From Ascidiella aspersa (taxonomy: Eukaryota), in the NCBI GenBank assembly GCA_963924565.1, contig OZ004613.1:28086001-28150000 (forward strand): DNA of 64,000 nt, read 5' to 3'. The position numbers were made by a program, and so were the translations under genes. Shown one piece after another: positions 22,272 to 33,900 of this stretch. Under the pieces are notes generated by a model. It worked only from the letters and a program-made list of their open reading frames with translations. It was not told where the DNA came from and ran no database searches. Every line of letters begins with the position of its first letter. The stretch's first letter is position 1.

Positions 22272-25200
22272 CTGAAAAATAAAGGAACAAAAAGGATAGA
22301 CCTTACGTTGCATGAGAACGACGTTTCCATACTATTTGGAAGTGTTGTGGTGCACTAAAGTCAATAACTTGCCTGAAGACCTAAGTAATGACTTACCAGT
22401 CAATGACTCGACTTTATCGCACTTAGTAACTATTTTTAAATGACTTGACTTAACGCCAAGGTAATCGCTGTAATGATCTTAACGGATATATATTAGCCTG
22501 AAAAAAATAAAAACTTTTCGTTTCAAATCAATTATTTTGCTTGTTTCAGCATAGCAATGACGTCATTGGAAATCATGTCAGATCGCTTTATGCTTTGTCT
22601 GAAAAGTCGGTCATACGTGTTAAGAATACCAAACGCATACAGAAGTAGGTAGCATTTTTAACGATTATTTATTCAAGAGATATTCCAAACGTTCAAAATG
22701 CTAGCTACCTTCTGTATGGGCTTTGATATTCTTACTACGTCTTACTACAACCTCCAACCATTATGAGTTTATTGTCAGCCACTATGGGGAAAATACAAGA
22801 AAGGGTGTGTTGAAAATAAATAAAGACTTATTCGAAACGTACAAAATGCTAAATGCAGTACCTCAGTTATGGGCTTTGATATTCTTGCTACACCTAAATA
22901 CAACCTTAAACCATTATGCTCTAAGGCAGTGCTTTTCAACCTTTTTGCTGGAGTGGTACCCTATGGAAACATTTCACTGGCTCGAGGAACCCCAGTGTAA
23001 TAAACACACCCCTATTAGCTAATCAATTTAGAAATTGCGGAACCCCTGGTCTGTACTGGAGGAACCCTGGTTGAAAACCACTGCTCTAAGGTATCGGAAT
23101 AAAAGCCAAGTATCGGACCCTTCTACCTCCAATGTAGTCCCACGTAATCCTCGTCGCCGAATATCTCTCTTCTGTAAAGCTCAGCCGCTTCAACGACGCA
23201 CCTCGGCCTTCTAATAGCGTCCAAAATAGCCGCGTAAAGCCGCTGGTCGCCAACCTCTGACGCGTACAAGCCACTACCGTTGATTGGCAACGCTACCAGG
23301 TTACCCTTGCCCACTTTCACCGGGTTAAAAGGGCCGCAGAAAACAGCACAAGGCGCCTCTGTGTTGTATAACTTCCTTAAGTAGCTTGACGAAGCGTTTA
23401 GCCAAGGCCCAGGTTTCAGTTCGTATTGCGATGAAGGAAAAGCTGGGATGTTCGGTTTATCCTTGAGGACTTGGTCGGAGAAACGAGCCTCCGTTGACCC
23501 CTGACCCCACTTCCTGACACGATCCTCTGGGATCTGGTAGAGGGTCATGTTCGTGTCTTCTTCGAACCTCGCAACGGTTGCGGTTCGGATCAGCTGCGTC
23601 TAAAAGAAAGAAAGTTTAATTTTTGTGTGCAAGGTTTTCATAGAGCTAAAGTTTATTTTTGAAGTGCACAAACGTTTTAGGTGTTCGTAGAATGAAAGCC
23701 CAAACAGAAGTATGTAGCATTTTGTAAACGTTTGGCATCAATCCTAAATATTGGGTTGAGGTTGCAGTTAGACGCAGAATGAACATCAAATCTCATACAG
23801 AGGTAGGTATCAGTGTGTAAATGATTTGAATAAATCTTAAGATAATGTATGCAGGATGTAGTTAGACGTAGAATGAGTATCAAAGCCCATACAGAAGTAG
23901 ATGACATTTTGTGAATTATTCGAGGAAAACTCAAGATAATGCCTGAAGGTTGTTGTAGAACGAATATCAAAGTCCATACTAAAGTTAGCATCATTTTTTC
24001 GAAATAAATTCGAATAAATCTTAAGATAAAGTCTGGAGTCTGGAGGTTAATTGTAGTTGGACGTGGTAAGAATATCAAAGCTCATACAGAAGTAGGAAAC
24101 ACTTTGAGCGCTTGGAATAAATCTTAAGTAAATGGTTGGCGATTATAGTTAGACGTAGAATGAATATGAAACATAGAACGCCCATATAGAAGTAGACTGT
24201 GGCATTTTGTGATCGTTTCCAATAATTCACAATCGTGCTGTTTTAACAAAATAAAGATTTATTGAACGCTATACAAAATGCTACCTACTTCTGTATATGA
24301 GAATCACTCTATACGTCTAACTCAAACCAGCCATTAACTTAAGATTATACAACCTACTTCTGTACCGGCTTTAGTATTCATTCATATGTATAAATACAAC
24401 CTGCAGCCATTATATAAGTTGAAGGTATTATTACTCTCTACTATAGGTAAAACTTTTAGCTGTTAAAAAATAAAGTAGCTACATTGTTGTTACAAATAGT
24501 TACGCTAGTTCTTTTTTTAAATTGACTAAATAGTAAACATAAAGTTAAACTAACATTTTACCGTTAAATATATCCATAGAAAAAAAACGACATACAACTA
24601 TTCAAATACACCTGAAACGCGACGTCAAACGATCCCTTGCAAATTGCGTGAAATCGCTCTAGCGAAATGGTGGAAACGAAGCTTCGCAGTCGCGTTATGT
24701 CAATCCTCTCCTGTGCGGGTATTACCCCATGGGAAGAGTGAGGGTGAAATTGCGGGACGACAAGGGTTCTGGAAGATTCGAAATTAGTATAAGAAGGCGT
24801 AATGAGAATTTCAAAGCCCATACAGAAGTGGGTGTCATTTTAAACGTTTCGAATAGCTCTTTATTCATTTTCAAAATTCATGTTGTCTCACAAGAACCTC
24901 CAAACAATATGCTCCAAAGAATAAAAAGGTCGGGTAGTTCAATGTAGTCTTAATTTTTCGAGTCCCGAGTCCGACTCCAGCAAAACAAACCGACTCCGTC
25001 GAGTCCCGAGTTCGACTCCGGCTTCGCAACCCTGGTTATGACCTATTGAGACGGTGACCTGGACTCCCGCCATAAGACCAAAATCCGTCGGAATAACACC
25101 TAAAATGGCCAGAATCAGGCCTATACAACATTTTAGCTAGCCCCAAACCGCAACCCTAAGTACATCACTAACTCCCCTAATAGTTTCAACCCCAACCAAT

Positions 25201-26680
25201 TTTCTAACCCCACCCATTACCCACCAATAACCCCAAGCAGCCCAAAATAATATTTAGAACTTGTTCCGACAGGTTTATGTCTTATTCAGACGATTAAGTT
25301 CTTAGTCTGTTGCTGATATTACGGCGTATTTTGGCTTTATTATATCTTTGGTTTTAATACTGTGGTTTTATAGATTTTTCTGCTTTAGGTCTTATTGTGT
25401 GTTCCCGCTTACCTATTGAGACGAATGGCGACGTATATGGTTTGGTAAAATCCGACCAACTGGTTGTTAGGTCCCCAGATCAGTCCGGGATAGAGGAACT
25501 TTGTCGGATCCAGCTTGAACTGTGGCTCTATCACTTCTGACCAATTAGTGTTCGGCAACCTCCAGTCATCGCAAACCTTTGGCAGAGGTTTTTTTGTGGC
25601 TGTTTTGTCGGGAGGTTTGCCATCATTTTTCGGAGCTATTTGCTTGTCTCTTGTTTGCGCAAGCGGTTTGCTGTCCCCTATTGCAGATACCTCGCTGTGT
25701 ATTTTTACAACTGGCTTGTTTTCTGTTGCAACTGCGTTTTTATCAACAGCTTGAAGCGGTTTGACTTTTTCCGCCGCAACTGGCTTGTTATTTGCCTTTA
25801 CAATTGCATTGCTATTAACAGCTTGAAGAGGTTTTCCTTTTTCCGCCGCAACTGGCTTGTTGTTCTCTGCGGAATTTGATTTTTCGTTTTTTACTGAAGC
25901 TAGTTCGTTTGAATCCGCTTCTAATGTTTTTTCCACTGTTGGCGAAGATGACTTTTTCTCAAACACATTTGCAGTTGGTTGTCCACTGCAAGGTTCACTT
26001 GCTTTATCTTTGCCAGCAACTTGTTGTTCATTAGCAGTTTTAACTGTTTTTTCTTCACTCCCATCGCCTGATTTTTTAACCTCTCCTGAAACTTGTTTTT
26101 CATTGCTAGGGTCAATTGGCACTTCTTTGACCGCTACAACTTGCTTGTTATTTTCTGTGTCAACTTGTTTGTCATTTATAGTGTCAATTTTTTTGTCCTT
26201 TTCACCACCGGCTTGTTTATTATTTTCTGTGTCAACTTGTTTGTCATTTTTAGTGTCAACTAGCTTTTCTTTTACTGCAGCAACTTGTCTGCCAGTTTTG
26301 GAGTTGACTTGTTTGTTATTTTCAATGCCGCCTTGGCTGTTGTTTAACGGGTCGTCAGACTTGATTTTCGATGTCGAAATTCGATTATTTGTCCCACTTG
26401 CAGCTTTTTTATCCTTGGCCGACAATTGCAGACTCGTTTTCGACTCGTTTGCGATCACCCTTTCTGCCTCGCGACGTTTCTCGGCCACGGATGCCTTCAG
26501 CGAATCGAGATTTTCCTCATTATCTTTCCCGGCTCCGAACAATCGTCTTATGTCTTCCGTCGTCGTTTTGGAAAAGCGACGCGTTTCCAAAGTGGTAAGA
26601 AGGAAGGTGGTCGATATCACCGAAATCATGACGATCGGGAACAAGAGAAGGACTCTGGCGTGCACAGACCTTCTCCACAT
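21749..26680 (-). CDS. Type II membrane GDP-fucose O-fucosyltransferase-family protein (POFUT-like fold), 806 aa, 4 exons
   Basis: Exons 26680-25413, 24768-24612, 23599-23127, 22271-21749 total 2421 nt in frame. N-terminal TM LLLFPIVMISVISTTFLLTTL; motifs GPNNQ, LNRTLVVP, YVGLHWRFDTNDW, IYIAT, STFS. Confidence 0.85.
22927..23083. mobile_element. hAT MITE, 157 bp
   Basis: TIRs CAGTGCTTTTCAACC / GGTTGAAAACCACTG; perfect 8-bp TSD ctctaagg. Confidence 0.9.
23127..23599 (-). CDS. O-FucT-like exon 3 (...DYVGLHWR)
   Basis: ttttag acceptor, gtagaa donor, phase 0/2. Confidence 0.85.
23680..24420. repeat. Tandem and inverted array of dispersed repeat family B (about 90-100 bp unit: ggttggaggttgtagt..agaatatcaaagcccatacagaagtagg)
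   Basis: About five direct units followed by inverted units; other copies at about 860-1010, 8983-9153, 9470-9590, 22615-22920, 24800-24915, 33800-33970, 50760-51025, 57740-57925. Confidence 0.8.
24612..24768 (-). CDS. O-FucT-like exon 2 (TLVVPQFHPH...FDVAFQ)
   Basis: ttccag acceptor, gtgtat donor; completes LNRTLVVP. Confidence 0.85.
25413..26680 (-). CDS. O-FucT-like exon 1 (TM, repetitive stem, GPNNQ)
   Basis: 423-aa ORF, donor AG|gtaag. Confidence 0.88.
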
Positions 26681-29600
26681 AACTGCTAAATTCCCTTCGG
26701 CTGTTTAATTGTCTTAGTTATACTGCGCTGCGCAGACCAAGTTGGAATACGGTAAATACCGAAGCTGCTTTTATAAAGCAGGCAATTTTGAAAGCTGTGC
26801 GTTGTTTGTCCTAGCTTGTGAAATAAGAAATAAGTGATGGTTGGCGATCATTATAAGATATGGTATGTAGCCCGTTTAAGCCTATTTCTATTAAAACTTG
26901 ATAGGCTTGTTGTGGGTATATCCGATGATATAGGATTAAAGCCGTTACCCGATGCTAAGTGGTAGTATCGGTACTTGTCCGATAGTAAATTTTTTTTTTT
27001 GGCCTATACTAGATTTAGGTTAAAATTTTTCGTAAATGCCTGGTATTTGTTGTATCGCATTTAAAAGTTGAAATTGCAGTGTCGTAAACAAGTCAGTTTG
27101 AAATGACTTAAGTCGAGTCATGTATTAAAAAATGACAAGTCAAGTCACGTCCAAGTCACCAGTTGTCCAAGTCAAGTCATATGAAAGTTATTTTAGAACA
27201 AGTTAATTCCAACAAATAAACGAAACTACTGCATTAAAATTAATAAACTCGTCCAATTAATTATTATGGGCAGTAATAGAATGAACTAAAAAATAACAAC
27301 AACCGATCATGTAGCAAACTGATCGACATTTCAAAAATATTTAATGTAACACTTACTTTCAACCTAAGTTATTTAAGTCAACTGACTTAAATGCACTTAT
27401 TTCATGTTACTGAATAAAGTCATTTCAACACTTTCAATTTGCTAAAACGCCCAAAACGACAAATTCCAGGGCCGTAAAGTAAACTAAACCTGTGAGAATG
27501 GATATCTTTATCAGCTATATTGCGGCATAAGCGTTAACGGAACGGGCTAACAACACTAACTAGGCAACAACCTATACAGTACAAAAAACAAAAAACATGG
27601 CAGCTGGCCTGAACGACATTTGAACGGTTCACACACAAAGAGAGGAAATGAATTACCGTAGATCAGTTCCCAGACCAATTGACACACGCAGTTGTGCGTT
27701 ATCTGTGAATTTAACTCGAAAAAAATAAGTTCTTGGCTTTGTATATACGCTGAAGTACAGAGGTTCTTAACCTTTTTATGGTCGTGGCCCACGTTTGTTT
27801 TGAAAATATTCCGTGGCTCACTTCTTAAAGTTCTGCTTAAATTGGTTACATAACTGAAATGTGTAAGAAAACAAGAATAATATTTTTAAATGTGAAAAGA
27901 AGGAGAACATTTTACAATAACCCACACAGCAACCTTGAGAATGTACTGTAAAACAAACTAAGAATTAAACCAGGGTTGTCCAACTCAAACATGCCGACGT
28001 GCCAATTTTTATCTTATAACTTCTTCCTGTGCCAAAGTTTAGCAACTATTTTTTTTATAATATTAAAAGCGATTTTATACAAAAAATAAAAAACAGTAGT
28101 GTTATAACACCAGAAGGAATTGTTTGTTGTCGTAATTGCTAGTATTGTGAATAAACAATGACAATTGGCTGCAATTTAGCTTTTTCCACAATTGGCCGTA
28201 TTTTTTGGGGGACTTGCGTGCCATTTTTTATTAGGTCGCGTGCCACATTTGGCACGCGCGGAGGCAGTTTTTCTTCTGGCGGCCGAACAGTAGATTTTTT
28301 CCACTCGCCTGAGCAGTTTGGTTTCATAATCCTAACTTCACAACATCCGAACCCAAACCTAACTAAAAAGTAAAATAAAATCTTTTGAGAATTCTATGCA
28401 CACTCGTTGAAAAATTAATCTCAATTCCAATGAAGAAATAGTAAGTTAATCTTCAATAGAGTTTTACACAGTTTAACACGTGGCCACCGTATACTGTATA
28501 AAACATGAACAAAACAAATCACTATGTTCTTCATCAAGTCGGAGTAAAAATATTTCTCTTATTATAATAATTCTTATTCTGACCTGATTAAGCAAATCAA
28601 TGCCAAAGTTTGAATTAAACACAATGTGGCAACAGTGCTACTTGTCATAAAATAAGATAAAAAATAAAAAACACCTATTTTTCTATGCGCAAAATGTAGC
28701 TTAATCGCGCGAAGAGCGAAAATAAATGCGTTTAATTGATCAAAATTGGTAAAACCTTTTATTTAAGCGACCTTAGGCCCGGGACGTTTTGCTTTGCAAC
28801 AAAGATTTGCTTGTAATAAAACTATTTATCGACTGATTTGCTGTAATGCTTCTAGCAGACCTATTGGTAACAGCTTACTAAGGGTCGCACGACTCCCTTG
28901 AGCTAAAACAATAGAATCAAAATGGACTGAAGACATTCTATAACCTACTCTAGATAAGCAAAAAATGCATATGCGTGTGTTTAATGCGTACATAGGCAAA
29001 AAACTACATTTTCTTTGTGGGCATGGCCATCCTTTTTCAATGATACGGCGTACATGGCACTCCGTTCCGGAAATTTCAGTTCCGTTAATACTACTTTGAA
29101 TGGGGTATCGGTAACGATCCGATTCTATCGGACATGCCTACTGATTATGTAAGTTTGGACTACGTTAACTTCAATCGCTTCTTAGCAATCAAAGTACAGA
29201 ATAAATCACGCACCTAACACTTTGTGTAAATTTTATTTAAAATAAGAATCAGAAAACAACAAAAAAACAAGAGAGAAGTATACACTGCTCGGGGCGGAGA
29301 CCTGCGTTATGAAAATATAGCGACCACATTGGTTTGGATGTTGCGAAGATATGCTCAAAATTACCACGGTTTTGCTACATGAACGGCAGCTGTAAGGGCC
29401 AAAAAGGAAAAATGCGCTGCAGATATATTAATACGTTACAAACAATAAAACGGCGTCAAAATATTACGATATTATTGTTTTTACAGAATGTCGCGCGATT
29501 TCAATAAAACAACGAAAAACAAACTTGGGCGTATCAGGCTGACAAAACATCATTATTGATTTGTTTATTTAATAGTCAATACACCGAAAGCCATTGTAGA

Positions 29601-30715
29601 CTCACCGAATCTGTCGATCAATGATGCAAGTTGGGTAGGCTAGAAAAACAACTAGCCTGTAGTGAGGTTCGAACTCACGACCTCCGGTTTAATAGCCAAC
29701 TAATAATGCTGTGCTTCGGCTCATTTGAAAGTGTTTAGCCCCTTAAAAGTAATTAATAATTCAGGCAATTTGCCCAATAACCAATTCCTCCAGTTTACCT
29801 ATAGTTAAATTATAGGGATATAGGCTTTATTAAGCAAAAGATTAAAAACAGTGGATTTCTCAGTATACACAATATGCTACGTACAAACGCCTCGCAAAAA
29901 CAGGTCGTACGACTTTACAGCGGACAAATAGAAAAATATATAAAATCTGTGACCAAAAAAACACACAGAATGACGTAACGATACAATGCATACTGCAGGC
30001 TGCGCAATAAATACGATCTTCGCAATATATTTGTCCCCGTCATTTTTCCGAGTAGATTGTTGTTACTTCCAAATGTGTTTCCAACCGTATCTTGAATGTA
30101 AAATTTTGACGAAAAAAGTTCTCAGAAACGACCTATATTTATTTCATGTTGATCAGCGGTTTGGTTCTGTTTCAAAAAGCCAGTTTTTACGAAAACCGAA
30201 AAGTGAAGATGTCCGATCTTGCCAGATGCCCGATTTTTCACTTGTCTGATACTAGGACATTAAACTGTCCTTTGGGAGTAATAGATAGTAAGCATTGTTT
30301 TTAAGAACAAAACAAGTTGAAGGAACACTTTGAAAAAACATCAGGTACTAGAGTGGTAACCACCAATCCTAAACCAAACTAACATTTATTAAACTCTAAA
30401 CTGGGCAACATAAGCTTTGTATGTCTTACCATTTTTTTTTACTTTTTCACATATTTGTTTAATCAAAAAATCAAAAAAAGAGACATCTCCACTTAGAAGT
30501 TCCAGTAATCTTACTGCTACGCCATCACTTGGCAGAACGCCGTCACTGACGTCACAGCAAAATCATCGCGCCCCACAATTCGTGACGTCATTTAATCGTC
30601 ACCCAAACGACGTCACAACCAGAGGAATCCTGTTCTCAGTTGTCATACCACCACTAGGGGTCCCTCCTTCGTCCAACATTATGGCGTCACCAAAACACAC
30701 AGTGACGTAACGCGC

Positions 30716-30925
30716 TCAGATGATGGCGAGCTCGCTGATGACGACATCGCTGTCGTCGGTTGCCATGACGATGGCGGTGGTGTGCTCGTTCCGGTTTGGT
30801 AGCGACCAGGAGCGGGGTCTTGGGTTTTCAGGGGGAGTTGATGGATGATCTGTGCTTCGCATGTTGCGGAAGACTCTCATAATCGTCCTCCTGAAACTCG
30901 TCTGGCGGGGGAGAGAGGAAGGACG
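30716..30925 (-). CDS. Uncharacterised gene terminal exon 9 (RPSSLPRQTSF...RPRSWSLP...ELAII*)
   Basis: ttttag acceptor, TGA at 30716. Confidence 0.8.
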   Translation of the reverse strand, partial: RPSSLPRQTSFRRTIMRVFRNMRSTDHPSTPPENPRPRSWSLPNRNEHTTAIVMATDDSDVVISELAII

Positions 30926-33900
30926 CTAAAAAAATTAATTTTTTTTGGTAAAATTGTAACCCAAAATGGTATAGTTTTTTTCACAATATGGTAAAATGTG
31001 AGCAATTATAAATGTAATGTTTTAATAGCAAAGATCTTTAATTTCTTAATTTTTTGGGGACTTTTTGAAAAATTTCAAAATATTAAACTCGTCTGTCGGT
31101 GGAAAGGGTCGGCGCTTTATATAATTTTAGTAAAACTTCCTTTTTTATACAAATGTTAAACTTAAGCTATATTTACCTCGCAGTTGTCGATGTTGTTCTT
31201 GTTTTTCTTCTCCCGCTTGCTCAGCCTTCGACTCAGCTTTCTGCGGAAACTACCGAACCGCGAGGTGGAGCCAGAGATTTTCTGTGAATTACAAATAAAC
31301 ACAGTGTAATTTTATTGTTTTATCAATTGAACAATTCAAATAACATTTGTTGTATATAAGTTTTATGTGTTGTCGTGCTACAAATTACGTAAGTCAGTTG
31401 GTGGAGCGACCGTCCCGGATGGCCGAGGTCGTGAGTTCGAACCTCACTACAGGTTGTTTTACGATCAGAATGTAGTAATCAATGGTGACAAGGTTGTGTG
31501 TCGACATGCTACCAACTTATTCTACGTAACTCAGTTGATAAAGCGACTATCCAGATATGGCCAAATCTGTAAGTTGAAACCCCACCACAGGCTAGTTTTA
31601 CAAACAGTGTTAAGCAAGCATTGGTGAATGGTTGCTTCTCGACTCGCTCCTCTCTGAGTCTGTGTAGCTCAGTTGGTAAAGCGACAGTCCCGCCAAGACC
31701 GATGTCTTTATTAGAAATTTCACAGCAGGTTAATTTAACTTTGTCCTGATTGCACCATTTTTCCAGAAACCTCGACTGTTATTCATTTACATCAGTGTTT
31801 CTTAACCAATGGTCGCGACCCAAAATTGTGTCCTAGTCTGATTTGAGTCGCCGGCCGAAGAAGTTCACATTGTAAGATTCATTGGAAATGGTTCAATATT
31901 GCCTACTTCAATATTGCCTACTTCAATATTGCCTACTACTCCATGGTTGATTGGTATGATAAAAAAATCTCAATTATAGTATCAATCTCTCGTGAGGTTC
32001 AAAACAACTAGTGTGTTGTGGCCATATGAGTTACATAGAACGTTCACAACATCCATATTGCAGATTTTTATTACAAAATCTAACTTCTAGTACTTACAAT
32101 ATATCGAAAAATGGGCTAAAATATCACGTGTTTTAATTTTAAGCGTGCTCACCTTAAAGTGCAATAGAATTTCATGCAAACTATGTTCATAAACTTTGTC
32201 CCATAATAAAATAATTTATTATTTTGATATTTAGGCAGGAAAGGTTTCTAAAAAACGTATGTATATTAATTAGTTTTAGACTTTATAAAAATGACAAAAA
32301 AGCCAAAAAGCCTAATGATTTTTCTGACATCAACCACGTTAAAAAAAGATTTTTGTTGTCAAAAAAGCCATTCTGGCAAGCCATGTACGGATGTCTATCC
32401 TAAACTTTTCACGTGTGGTTTAAGAAAAAAACGTTAAGGTCTAAAAGTTTTATTTTTTTCGGGGTTAAATTAAATTGCTTGGCTGGCCGGATGCCGCCCG
32501 CGGGTTTCCGTTAATTTATTAATTCCTAGGTGGGAGCACTTCTTTGCGGCAAAACAAGCATAAAGTTCGCATTGAAAGTTGTAATAAATTTCCTTTCCTG
32601 AACATTTGTTGTTTTTTTAAGGCCGGTCCGCGACAAAATTATAGCTTTAAACCGGTCCGCAGTGCAAAAAGGTTGCCGACCCCTGTGTTAACTAACAAAA
32701 AAAAAATTCAGTTAAGATAATTGGATTGCCAAATCTTTGCTGTTATACCTAACGCTTAGCATTAGGGTCGGCGCTGAAAGAGAAACACTAATTTACATCT
32801 ATTGATATATTATTATGTTACAAGCTACTTGAGCAGTTGTCACTTGCCCAACTTACGTTTAAACTGTTCTTCATGCTATTACTCTTGAAAGCTTTGATGT
32901 TACACCTAAAGCTTAGTATTAGGGTCTCTGCTAAAAAGGTTGAGAAACACTGACTAATATAAATTGATATATTATTATGTTACAAGGACTTTAGCTGTTG
33001 TCACTTGCCCAACTTACGTTTAAACTGTCCCTGGAGTCACCAACACCGAATGTTGGCCAGCGTTTTCGTTTTCTCTTTAGTGAAGAGTCAGCGTAACTGA
33101 CCGGACAATATTCCAAATCCTCCGAACTGAAATAGAGCATTTTAAATAAGGTTTGGTAATATTTAGTTGGGGACCACTGTTCAGATGCTAGTGAATTTCA
33201 TAACGAGTACACTTTAAAAGCCGTTGGATTTCAAGTTCAGCCAAAGTACTCTGTATATAAACGAGCAGACAAGTTAAAAAAGAATAGTACGAATTACATA
33301 GTCAAATACTAAAAAGTAGTGTTATGTGGTTAGCAACTTTCAAGTTAGAGAGTAGAGTAATCAGATGTCACTTAATTATTGCCATTAGAATTAGATAAAT
33401 ACGGTCATTTGCAAAGATTCGAGAGTAGAGCTACCGAGTATTCGAGTATTCTACTCACCTATCCGTGCTGATCAGATCTGGTGTGCTTCGATGCATGAAG
33501 TTGAGTTTTTCGTGGGACGAGTAAGCAGAGTCGGTCAGACTCCCGTGATTCGACAAACTGCGGAAAACATACTCGATCGTTAAGTATTCAGCGAGTAGTT
33601 AAAAAAACAAACAGTATCAGATAATTTCGCTTTAAAACTGGGTTTATCGTATATTACAAAATGGATTTAACAGGGAATTTTATTTAATCAGGGAAAAGAA
33701 CAAGAAAGTGTTACTTTCCAAACTTACAAAATTTCCGAGGACACGGTTTTGAGAATTACTAAAGGATGTCATCTCACAATTTTACATAATTGTGTGTATT
33801 TAAGACGTAATAACAATATCAAAGCCCATACAGAAGTAGGTATCATTTCAAACGTTTCGAATAACTGTATATGCATTTTCAACATAGTGAGAAGGCACTG

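Noticed and set aside
23680-24420. CRISPR-like array
   Set aside because: Eukaryotic intron; the units are wholly homologous and degenerate, with no unique spacers and no cas genes.
25857-26708. 283-aa plus-strand ORF
   Set aside because: Antisense shadow of the repetitive O-FucT exon 1.
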